Positions 1 to 7,619 of a stretch of 26,441 bases of DNA are shown here, piece by piece; position 1 is the stretch's first letter, and every line of letters begins with the position of its first letter. The translations under genes were made by a program, and so were the position numbers. Location: assembly GCA_046757025.1 (NCBI GenBank), contig JBHHXN010000062.1, positions 1 to 26,441 on the forward strand. The letters are read 5' to 3'. The notes beneath the pieces are model-generated. The model was not told the origin of the DNA and did not search any database. It worked only from the letters and a program-made list of their open reading frames with translations. The DNA is from a bacterium (GTDB taxonomy: Bacteria; Zhuqueibacterota; Zhuqueibacteria; Oceanimicrobiales; Oceanimicrobiaceae).

Positions 1-151
1 AGTGAACCTGTCGTATCTAATTATTTAATATGAACATAGTTGCATGACTTAAAGTGAGAAATGTTAGTTATTTATATAAAATGTGCTTAACACCAACCTC
101 GAGGTTACGAGGTCCAACCCGCAGTTGGATACTTGATGGAGCAAGGATTTT

Positions 152-1768
152 TTATTGCCTTCTTAACCCGACGATTTTGTAACTGTCCCTGGAATTTCTG
201 ATTAAAACCGTCACTTTACCTACGTTGGGTGTTGCAATAGTTGCGGCTAAATATTCGCTGCTGCTGCGAGGAATTTTCAAACTTAGCCGTTCAAATTGAT
301 TCTCTGACAACACCTCAAGCAGCTGGTCATGCTGGTTGTCGAAGATCTGCCATGAGACCATGCGTGTTTGGTGGTTGGTAGCTAAACGGTATTTTACGAG
401 CAAATCTTCGAACTCCAGATAACCCTTGTTTGAAATTCTGAATTTGTCTAATCCGCCGCTGACGTGCAAATAGGCCAGGCCGATTTTGTCACGCCGTTTG
501 ATCAAAGTGTTTGCCAGGTATTTTTCTGCTTGCGGATTCGAAAATCGCCCCATGGAGACAACAGCTCGGATTTCTTCGTCGGTAAAATTCATCACCTGTT
601 TTGCCGCCCAGAAAGCGTCTTCGTCGTCGCAATTGATGAAGGCAGGATTGGGATATTCGGTTTTCCATTTGCGCGGGTCAAAATGACCGCTCTCAAATTT
701 CCCGATGGAGGGATAGTCCGGATAGCGCACTTTGGCCCAGGGGCGCACCCAGAAACCCAGAGTGAGAAAACTGCGCAGGGAGGGCATAAATTCTAAAATG
801 TATTCGTTGCCGGCCCGCGGATCCTGCGCGAACACGCTGCCGCTTCCGAGGGTAGAGCCAAAATCTATGAGATGATGCCGCACAAATTGCTTGCCATTTT
901 CGTTTACCAGCATATCCAATGTGTTGATGCTGCGGGAATCGTCGTGGTTGAGCCAGGCGCAAAAGATTCGCAGGCCGCGCAATTCCCGTCGGGATTCATG
1001 TGGAAAAATGTCGTTACCGTCATCGGACCGGGTGTCGTGATAGCGAAAAGCCCCCACCGGCTTGCCCGGCAGAAATTTGCTGGCGATCACCCGGTAATTT
1101 CCCGCCTGATTTTTGGGCGCTAATTCTAACATTTCGGCGACCATTTGCGGTGTGAGCGGTTTTTTCTGACCGAGTGTGGTGGTGATGGTGGCGCCCGGAC
1201 TCAGCTCCAGCTGTTCGGGCGAGAATTCCACCAGGTAATTTTCAGGAACGTGGTAACCGAGCGCATAAAAGAACTTGGTGGAAATAATTTCGGCGCCGGT
1301 GGTCATTTCAGGATTGGAGGGCGGGTCAAATTTGATCAGATAGCGATCTCCGCGAGCATCTTTTATGGTAAATCCCGGCGTGATGCCCTGACTTTTTCCC
1401 GCGACGATTTGCCATTTGCCGGTCATGGATGGGCCGGTGCTTTTATCTGGTCCGCGCTTGATTTCTGCCAATGACATGGGATACAGATAGTGTCGATTGG
1501 TGTACCAGGAAGAGTTGGGCACTTCACCCAGAGTGTTGGTGTTCAGTGCCGGGCCCGTGGCTTTTTTCCCGGGAAACAGAAACGTGTTTTCATAAAAATC
1601 ATAAAATTCTGAGAGCACGGTTTCTGCGGGCGACGGCATATTTAGTTGGTCGGGATCCTGCCAGACCGGATCGTCTGGCAGAAAAACCTGAGCAGCGATT
1701 TGTTGCAGAATGCCCGGTACCAGGGTGACGATGAAAAATATAAAATTACTGACTGTTATTTTTCTCAC
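152..1768 (-). CDS. Secreted protein with atypical (HipA/PI3-4K-like) kinase fold, function unknown
   Basis: 538 aa ORF with an N-terminal Sec-like signal (MRK + hydrophobic stretch, ..IAA|Q). Kinase-like motifs appear in canonical order: Gly loop GKSQGITPG, beta3 Lys YLIKFD, alphaC Glu (GAEII), LGYHVP, catalytic loop NHDDSRSIN, LIDFG. GTG start 11 nt after the Omp85 stop. Confidence 0.7.
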   Translation of the reverse strand: MRKITVSNFIFFIVTLVPGILQQIAAQVFLPDDPVWQDPDQLNMPSPAETVLSEFYDFYENTFLFPGKKATGPALNTNTLGEVPNSSWYTNRHYLYPMSLAEIKRGPDKSTGPSMTGKWQIVAGKSQGITPGFTIKDARGDRYLIKFDPPSNPEMTTGAEIISTKFFYALGYHVPENYLVEFSPEQLELSPGATITTTLGQKKPLTPQMVAEMLELAPKNQAGNYRVIASKFLPGKPVGAFRYHDTRSDDGNDIFPHESRRELRGLRIFCAWLNHDDSRSINTLDMLVNENGKQFVRHHLIDFGSTLGSGSVFAQDPRAGNEYILEFMPSLRSFLTLGFWVRPWAKVRYPDYPSIGKFESGHFDPRKWKTEYPNPAFINCDDEDAFWAAKQVMNFTDEEIRAVVSMGRFSNPQAEKYLANTLIKRRDKIGLAYLHVSGGLDKFRISNKGYLEFEDLLVKYRLATNHQTRMVSWQIFDNQHDQLLEVLSENQFERLSLKIPRSSSEYLAATIATPNVGKVTVLIRNSRDSYKIVGLRRQ

Positions 1769-1779
1769 ATTAATGGCAT

Positions 1780-3102
1780 TTAAAATACGTTGTTGAATTT
1801 GAAATAGAGCACGGTGCCTTCGGTGCTGCGGCTGATATCCAGGCGTAAAATCACCGAACGCATGGTGTTGAAGCGAAAACCAAAGCCATAGCCTTTTTTC
1901 AAGTCGTCGAAATCAAATTCACTGACCCGCGGAAATACTTTGCCGGCGTCAAAAAACAGAGCCATGTCCAGGCCGGTCCAAACCAGCCAGCGGTACTCAA
2001 TGTTGAACAGCAGGTTGTTCAGGTCTCGGAAGCGAAATTCCTGGTAACCGCGCAAGCTGTTGGCTCCGCCAATGGTTTGAATCATGTAGAATGGCGCCGT
2101 CGATTTTTCATCGCGGTCGATGAGCGTCGTAAAGAAACGCAGTGCAATCACCTGATGCCCGCGATAAAACGGCAAATATTGCTGCACTTCCAGATCCAGT
2201 CGGTTGAAATCAAACTGGCCGGCAACCTGGTCTTCAAACCGGCTGGCCTGAATGTTCACGTACGTTCCTTTGTGCGGATTGAAGACGCGCTGTCTGAGGA
2301 TGTCTTCCGCCAGCGCGGATTTCAACGTGGCGTCCTCTGCGTAATAAACATTGCGCGAATCGAAGGTAATACCGACTTTTCCCACCAAATAATCGACATC
2401 GTCGTTTATGCCGGGGGTGTCTGTGTCGCTAAAAATTTTTTCGATGGAAGGATGTTCGGACGACGTGCCCGGGCCAATGCGGTTGCTCAAATAGGTAAAT
2501 TGCAGTAAGGTGCTCAAATAAGTGTGCGGTTTAAATCCGAGCACGCCGCCCACAAAGCCGTCTTTCAAGCGAAAGTTGCTTTTGTTTTGTTTGAGTGAAT
2601 TGGCGCCAACGCCAAAAAAATTATCCTGCGGCGAATTGCGGTACTGCCCAAATCCGTAAACACTCCACTTTTTTTGCTGAAATCCCATGACCGCTTGATA
2701 AGCCTGGTAGCCGCGTACACTGAAACCGACCTTGAGAGCCAACCGAAAATGTTTGAGATTTCTTGTGGGATCGTAAATGATACCGCCGCCGGTGCCGGCG
2801 CCGGTTTTGAGTCCGCTAAACATAGGATGAAAGCCCCAGAAACCCATGGCGATCCGTGCAGGAATTTGTGACGATTCCACAGTTAGAAACACCCGTTCCA
2901 TTTTTTTAACGCGGTACGGTTTTAAATTTTGCGCTTTTTGCAGTCGCTTTTGTCTCCAATGCTGCGCGCGGGATGGCGGTTGAGCCGTCGTGGTTAAAGG
3001 ACAGGCCAGGAAAGATAAAAACATGAACACTAAAAAGGGACGGCTGAGCAATATCTGATTTGTTGAGATATCTTTTTTAGTAACAATGTTTTTTATGCGC
3101 AA
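1780..3102 (-). CDS. Omp85/BamA-TamA family outer-membrane beta-barrel with no evident POTRA domains
   Basis: 440 aa with a signal peptide, amphipathic beta-strands, Omp85 loop-6 motif IGGANSLRGY..FRF, FFDAGKV and GYGFGFRF strands, and a C-terminal Phe. AAGGA RBS before the TTG start. Confidence 0.85.
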   Translation of the reverse strand: MRIKNIVTKKDISTNQILLSRPFLVFMFLSFLACPLTTTAQPPSRAQHWRQKRLQKAQNLKPYRVKKMERVFLTVESSQIPARIAMGFWGFHPMFSGLKTGAGTGGGIIYDPTRNLKHFRLALKVGFSVRGYQAYQAVMGFQQKKWSVYGFGQYRNSPQDNFFGVGANSLKQNKSNFRLKDGFVGGVLGFKPHTYLSTLLQFTYLSNRIGPGTSSEHPSIEKIFSDTDTPGINDDVDYLVGKVGITFDSRNVYYAEDATLKSALAEDILRQRVFNPHKGTYVNIQASRFEDQVAGQFDFNRLDLEVQQYLPFYRGHQVIALRFFTTLIDRDEKSTAPFYMIQTIGGANSLRGYQEFRFRDLNNLLFNIEYRWLVWTGLDMALFFDAGKVFPRVSEFDFDDLKKGYGFGFRFNTMRSVILRLDISRSTEGTVLYFKFNNVF

Positions 3103-3224
3103 TATAATTCCTTTTTAAAGCAAGCTAAATTGATTGGTTTTTAGATTGACCAAAAGATAAATCGACTACGATTATGCAACTCGATTTGAGTAAATTTATT
3201 CGATTCAAAGCTCAAATTGCGTTC

Positions 3225-3253
3225 AATATAATTTCAAATCATTTAATAATCAA
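3225..3253 (-). promoter_or_regulatory. Putative sigma70 promoter for the Omp85-kinase pair
   Basis: Minus strand TTGATT-17 nt-TATATT, about 120 nt upstream of the start codon. Confidence 0.5.
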
Positions 3254-3280
3254 CGTATTTCTCAACCTTATTTTTATTTA

Positions 3281-3433
3281 GTGATTGAACGAAAACGACC
3301 AGGACTTCCCGAAGGCCTCCTGGCCGAGGGTGAATCCCTTCTTAGTCAGGCGGGGCTAGTCCTGCGCTTTGTCGAAGGGACGCCTTCGTGAAGAGATTCT
3401 TAAATTGCGCATATCGCGAGTTTTCGTTCAGAC
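3281..3433. mobile_element. MITE-like element, family A copy 1
   Basis: Ends GTGATTGAACGAAAAC / GTTTTCGTTCAGAC form an inverted repeat. Flanked by direct repeat TATTTA (3275-3280, 3434-3439). Internal hairpin CTTCCCGAAGGC..GCCTTCGTGAAG. Confidence 0.65.
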
Positions 3434-3538
3434 TATTTAGTGTTTTGGTAACTAATTTGAATAATAATCGCTGGTGAATGCTACCCGGATTCTCATTGAA
3501 ATTATAATGTTCTGTTTGTGTTTATTATTCCATTTTTC

Positions 3539-3567
3539 TTGCTATTTGAAATGGTAATTGTTAATTT
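3539..3567 (+). promoter_or_regulatory. Putative sigma70 promoter for bacilliredoxin
   Basis: TTGCTA-17 nt-TAATTT with extended -10 TG. An alternative is TTGAAA-18-TATAAA at 3546-3575. Confidence 0.4.
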
Positions 3568-3636
3568 GGTATAAATCAAAATGAGTTATTTATGAGTACT
3601 CATGTACGATTCACATAAATATCAGGGAGTTATTTT

Positions 3637-4071
3637 ATGATGTACGATCCTTTCATGGTTCAACCCATGCGTGATGAATTAGTCAATATCGGATTTAAAG
3701 AGCTGCGTTCGCCGCAGGAAGTCGATGAGGCATTACCGAATGCCAGCGGTACCAGCCTGGTCCTGGTGAATTCCGTGTGCGGATGTGCTGCGGGTCAGGC
3801 GCGTCCGGGCGTGTCTCTGGCCTTAACCAATTCTGTTACACCTGACAATCTCTTCACGGTTTTTGCCGGTCAGGATACCGAAGCCACTGCGCAAGCCCGC
3901 TCGTATATGCACGGGTACCCACCATCTTCTCCCTCCATGGCTTTGTTCAGAGATGGGAAACTGGTGTTCATGCTGGAACGCCATCAAATCGAAAATCAGA
4001 GTGCGGAGCAGGTTGCTGCGAATTTGATCGCCGCGTTTGAGAAGTTTTGTAACTCAAAAGTTGAACAATAA
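3637..4071 (+). CDS. brxA: BrxA/BrxB (YphP/YqiW) family bacilliredoxin
   Basis: NSVCGCAAG.ARP active site, TVFAGQD.EAT and PSSPSMALF motifs; GGGAG RBS. The BrxA versus BrxB assignment is tentative. Confidence 0.9.
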   Translation: MMYDPFMVQPMRDELVNIGFKELRSPQEVDEALPNASGTSLVLVNSVCGCAAGQARPGVSLALTNSVTPDNLFTVFAGQDTEATAQARSYMHGYPPSSPSMALFRDGKLVFMLERHQIENQSAEQVAANLIAAFEKFCNSKVEQ

Positions 4072-4143
4072 GATTTGCGATTAAAATTGGGGGGGGGAAA
4101 ATAAATGTGCTCAAAAGAGTGCTGAGAAAAATTTATTTATTCA

Positions 4144-4298
4144 GTGTCTGACCGAAAACGGAAGTCTTCTTGCTGAGTCCCGAAGTAAATTCGGGAAAGC
4201 ATGATGTAAAAATAAGAACGTATCACCCTTCGGCGCAGTCTATCCTGAGTTCGTCGAAGGACTCAGGCTGAATAAATATGGATTTTTTGTTTAGACAC
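4144..4298. mobile_element. MITE-like element, family A copy 2 (degenerate)
   Basis: Imperfect TIR GTGTCTGACCGAAAA / TTTTTGTTTAGACAC. The interior is colinear with 20739-20859 (GTCTTC.TGCTGAG, AAGCATGA.GTAAAAA, TATCACCCTTCG, CTCAGG, AAATATGGA.TTTT). Flanks TATTCA/TAATTA. Confidence 0.7.
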
Positions 4299-4355
4299 TA
4301 ATTATTTTACTCAGCGATTTATCCTCGGCGGGAATTTCGGTTTTCAAGCTTTTAT

Positions 4356-4522
4356 GTCTGTGTGAAAAGTCAGATTCGATCGTGTCATTCCCCGCCTGGG
4401 GGGACAAGCAGGAAGAATCTTTTTTGTTTCGACGTAAAGTGCCGTTGATTAAAAAGATTCCTCCTGAATGACAACAGTGGCGTGCTTGATTTTTTCGTCT
4501 TAGTCAAACTTTTCACATACGC
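4356..4522. repeat. Nested inverted-repeat element (REP/MITE-like, family B)
   Basis: TGTGAAAAGT (4361-4370)/ACTTTTCACA (4508-4517) enclose TGTCATTC (4383-4390)/GAATGACA (4466-4473), which enclose GAATCTTTTT (4415-4424)/AAAAAGATTC (4451-4460). Confidence 0.6.
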
Positions 4523-4573
4523 TTGAGGCGTGAACACCCAATTATCAAAAAAATCATAAGAAACAACGCCAAT

Positions 4574-4724
4574 TTACTTCTTTCCCAGGCAGCTCACACT
4601 AAACCCGAAAACCAAAAGTCCAAAAACTAACAGCCCAAGCCAGGGGGCCGCCTAGCCCGCCCATTCAAACCCGAACCCTGCTGGAGTTCGGCCCTGACAG
4701 AAAGCCACCGCCATGATACAACCC
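4574..4724 (-). pseudogene. Non-functional duplicate of the OPT gene 3' end
   Basis: Translates as ..CIMAVAFCQGRTPAGFGFEWAG*AAPWLGLLVFGLLVFGFSVSCLGKK*, matching the OPT C-terminus. In-frame TAG at 4652-4654. Confidence 0.9.
4584..4679 (+). repeat. 96-bp direct repeat, copy 1
   Basis: 95/96 identical to 5537-5632 by manual alignment; the mismatch is T4653/C5606. Confidence 0.95.
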
Positions 4725-4921
4725 TTTCCTGATCCATATTTAAGGCTGAATAGTAAACCATTGTTTAGAAGAGAAGTGTATTTCTACGGGAAGGTTTTTT
4801 AAATAAATAAAATTATTTTTGTTGCAATTATACATTTTATTATTTTACTTTTATCATTGATTGTTCAAATTTAATTACTCGTAATTGAGTTTTATTTATT
4901 ATTGATTAGGAGGTGAAATAA

Positions 4922-5188
4922 TTGGTTGTAATCGATTCAAGCATTTTAAAAGATTTGTATTATGCTAATCTTATATATGAAATTCATAAGACTGCTGAAA
5001 AATTAAGAATTTATAGAAAAAAATATGGTTTATCTTTTGATGAATTCGAAGAAACTGTGAAAAGCGACGAGACAGAAGATTTTAATAAATGGGATGATTA
5101 TATGGAGTGGAAAGCTTATGAAAAACTGATGGTGAGATATCAGAAAGAGAAAAAGGATTTAGAAATTGGAAATTATAAGGTGTCTTGA
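4922..5188 (+). CDS. Small putative antitoxin
   Basis: 88 aa. Strong SD AGGAGGTG 6 nt before TTG. The KKYGLSFDEFE...WDDYMEW pattern resembles small proteins found next to DUF6516 genes. Overlaps the downstream gene; AT-rich. Confidence 0.65.
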   Translation: MVVIDSSILKDLYYANLIYEIHKTAEKLRIYRKKYGLSFDEFEETVKSDETEDFNKWDDYMEWKAYEKLMVRYQKEKKDLEIGNYKVS

Positions 5189-5519
5189 ACAAAGCGAAAT
5201 CGTAAAGGAGTTTAAAATTCAAGATTTTAAATTAATCGAACATGGTTTTTATTTAAAAATTCTCGCTATTTTAATAAATAATACGGAGCTTTACATTAGA
5301 GAATATTCTGATTCAATGGATAGATCATACTCGTATCATTGGCAGGGTGAAGATAAAAAATTAATAATGCGATGGGATAATGCTCCTCATCATAAACGAT
5401 TAGAGAGTTATCCACATCATGTCCATGTTGGTGAACAAGTGTCGCCGAATTTATCTATCTCCTGTTCGGAAATCTTGAAAATTATTGAAAAGAAAATTCT
5501 GAAATCAAATCCAAATTAA
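5166..5519 (+). CDS. DUF6516 (TumE-like) putative toxin
   Basis: 117 aa with the YSYHWQ...RWDNAPHH...YPHHVH signature. Overlaps the upstream ORF by 23 nt. Confidence 0.8.
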   Translation: MEIIRCLEQSEIVKEFKIQDFKLIEHGFYLKILAILINNTELYIREYSDSMDRSYSYHWQGEDKKLIMRWDNAPHHKRLESYPHHVHVGEQVSPNLSISCSEILKIIEKKILKSNPN

Positions 5520-5523
5520 AATC

Positions 5524-7485
5524 CTATTTTCCCCTCCCCAGGCAGCTCACACTAAACCCGAAAACCAAAAGTCCAAAAACTAACAGCCCAAGCCAGGGGG
5601 CCGCCCAGCCCGCCCATTCAAACCCGAACCCTTGTGGAGCGCTGCCTTGAATGAACGCCACCGCCGCGATACCGATTCCCATGATGCCTTCACCGCCTAC
5701 CAGACCCGAGCCGAATAATACCCCCTTTTCTCGCCGAGATGCAGCTTCTGTATCCGTAGAAGCCCGGATTTCAAGATATTTTCTCAACATGCCGCCAATA
5801 AAAACCGGCGTGAAAGTACTCAGTGGTAAGTAAACGCCCACGGCAAATGGCAGACTCGGAATGCGGAAAAGCTCACAGGCCAGCGCAATCACCACCCCGA
5901 TTCCCACCAGTATCCAGGGCAGAGCATTTTGCAGAACGCCTTCAATTACCACTTTCATCAGGGTTGCTTGGGGGGCCGGCAATTCTTCGGTGCCAAAACC
6001 ATAGGCTTTGTCCAATAACATGACCGCCATGCACACAAAAGTGGCAGAGGTCAGCACGCCGGCCAGCTCGCCAATCTGCTGGCGGCGGGGGGTGGCGCCT
6101 AAAAGGAAACCAGTTTTTAGATCTTGTGAGGTATCGCCGGCGATGGATGCCGCAATAGCTACCACACACCCGATGGTTAAAGCTGCAACTTTGCCCACGT
6201 CGTCGGTCCAACCCATCATGAGAAAAACCGAGGAAGTACCCAGAAGCGAGGCGATGGTCATGCCGCTGGTGGGATTGGAAGTCACCCCAACTAATCCGAC
6301 TATTCGGGAAGATACCGTGACAAAGAAAAATGCAAAAATAACAATGAGAATAGCTGCGCTCACTCGCACTGCAAGCGTGTCAAAATTTCCAAAAACATGC
6401 GGAATTCCAGCCATGGCTAATGCGATAATCGCAACGCCTATTCCCACTACCGACAGCGGCAAGTCCTGAGAGGTTCTGGGCAATTTCATGCCTTTGTCTT
6501 CCAGGCGGGATTTTAATTGCTTCGCACCCACTTTAAAACTTTCGATCATGGTGGGAATGCTTTTTATGAGCGTGATGAAACCGCCCATGGCCACCGCACC
6601 GGCGCCAATATAGCGAATGTAGCGCGTCCAGATTAATCCCGGGCTCATGGCCGGGATCAGTTGCTCAGTTTCAGGGTAGAATGGCGTGAGTCGACCCTCT
6701 CCCCAGTAGGCAATCGCCGGAATAATAACCAGCCACGACAGCAAGCCGCCCCCGACCATAATTGTGGCGATGCGGGGACCAAGAATATAACCCACCCCAA
6801 AAAGTGCCGCAGAAATATCCAAGCCCACCTGACCTTTTTTCAGGAATGGCACCTTTAAGTGGATGTCGTCGGGGATGATGCGAATCCAGCCGGTGATAAA
6901 TTTAAACAGAGCACCGGCCCCGAGTCCGAGAAAGACATTTTTTGCCCGGCTACCGCCGGTTTCGCTGGCGACCAAAACTTCTGCACAGGCGGTGCCTTCG
7001 GGGTAAGGCAAGTGGCCATGTTCTTTTTGAATTAAAAATTGCCGTAACGGGATCATAAAAAGGACTCCGAGAAGTCCGCCAAACATGGCCAGCAGGGTCA
7101 TTTGCACCAGGGTGGGATCTAACCCCCAGAGAAATAACGCTGGCAGCGTAAAGATGACCCCGCTTGCCACGGAGCTGGATGCCGAGCCGATGGTCTGTGA
7201 AATATTCGCTTCCAGAAGACTGCCTTTTCGACCCAGGGCTTGCAGCGCTTTGAAGGCGGCCACGGTCATCACGGCTACCGGTATCGAGGTTGAAATGGTC
7301 AAGCCGGCGCGCAAGCCCAGGTAGGCATTGGCAGCGCCGAAAAGAATGCCAAAGAAAATACCCGCGACCGTCGCTTTGATAGTAAACTCCAGAGGACTGA
7401 CACTGGCTGGAACAAACGGATCGTAGCTTTCACCTTCGGAAAGCGGTTCGTAGGCTTTCTGGCTCAAACCTTCTTTTTCATTCAT
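5524..7485 (-). CDS. OPT family oligopeptide transporter
   Basis: 653 aa polytopic membrane protein with NAYLGLRAGLTISTSIP, LPYPEGTACAEVL, SNPTSG, QDLKTG and LPAPQA motifs. Confidence 0.95.
   Translation of the reverse strand: MNEKEGLSQKAYEPLSEGESYDPFVPASVSPLEFTIKATVAGIFFGILFGAANAYLGLRAGLTISTSIPVAVMTVAAFKALQALGRKGSLLEANISQTIGSASSSVASGVIFTLPALFLWGLDPTLVQMTLLAMFGGLLGVLFMIPLRQFLIQKEHGHLPYPEGTACAEVLVASETGGSRAKNVFLGLGAGALFKFITGWIRIIPDDIHLKVPFLKKGQVGLDISAALFGVGYILGPRIATIMVGGGLLSWLVIIPAIAYWGEGRLTPFYPETEQLIPAMSPGLIWTRYIRYIGAGAVAMGGFITLIKSIPTMIESFKVGAKQLKSRLEDKGMKLPRTSQDLPLSVVGIGVAIIALAMAGIPHVFGNFDTLAVRVSAAILIVIFAFFFVTVSSRIVGLVGVTSNPTSGMTIASLLGTSSVFLMMGWTDDVGKVAALTIGCVVAIAASIAGDTSQDLKTGFLLGATPRRQQIGELAGVLTSATFVCMAVMLLDKAYGFGTEELPAPQATLMKVVIEGVLQNALPWILVGIGVVIALACELFRIPSLPFAVGVYLPLSTFTPVFIGGMLRKYLEIRASTDTEAASRREKGVLFGSGLVGGEGIMGIGIAAVAFIQGSAPQGFGFEWAGWAAPWLGLLVFGLLVFGFSVSCLGRGK
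5537..5632 (+). repeat. 96-bp direct repeat, copy 2 (inside the OPT 3' end)
   Basis: 95/96 identical to 4584-4679. Confidence 0.95.
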
Positions 7486-7535
7486 GGATTTTCTCTTTTT
7501 GGTTCAGGAAGAACTGTATCGGATTGTTGACTGCA

Positions 7536-7564
7536 AGTATAACTTTTTAGTAATAAAAAAGCAA
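7536..7564 (-). promoter_or_regulatory. Putative sigma70 promoter for OPT
   Basis: Minus strand TTGCTT-17 nt-TATACT, 50 nt upstream of the ATG. Confidence 0.6.
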
Positions 7565-7619
7565 GGAATTTTATTCACAAAAATCAGCGAATGAACAGAA
7601 TCAAAACAGAAGTCCGAAA

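Noticed and set aside
95..129. Palindrome AACCTCGAGGTT and hairpin TCCAAC-N5-GTTGGA after the kinase gene
   Set aside because: Short stems with no U-tract on the minus strand; cannot be called a terminator or mobile element end.
3281..3433. Possible riboswitch or ncRNA in the GC-rich structured segment
   Set aside because: No family consensus recognised; terminal repeats and target duplication fit a MITE better.
4089..4097. G9 tract as a phase-variation site
   Set aside because: It lies downstream of the brx stop, outside any CDS or evident promoter.
4105..4126. GAGTGCTGA resembling a CIRCE half-site
   Set aside because: No matching left arm at 9-nt spacing, and not upstream of a chaperone gene.
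4144..4522. CRISPR array or integron attC sites
   Set aside because: No regularly spaced repeats with spacers, no cas or intI gene, and no clear RYYYAAC/GTTRRRY ends.
5524..7485. OPT transporter as part of the pel operon
   Set aside because: It has its own good promoter match in a 134-nt gap and no known role in Pel synthesis.
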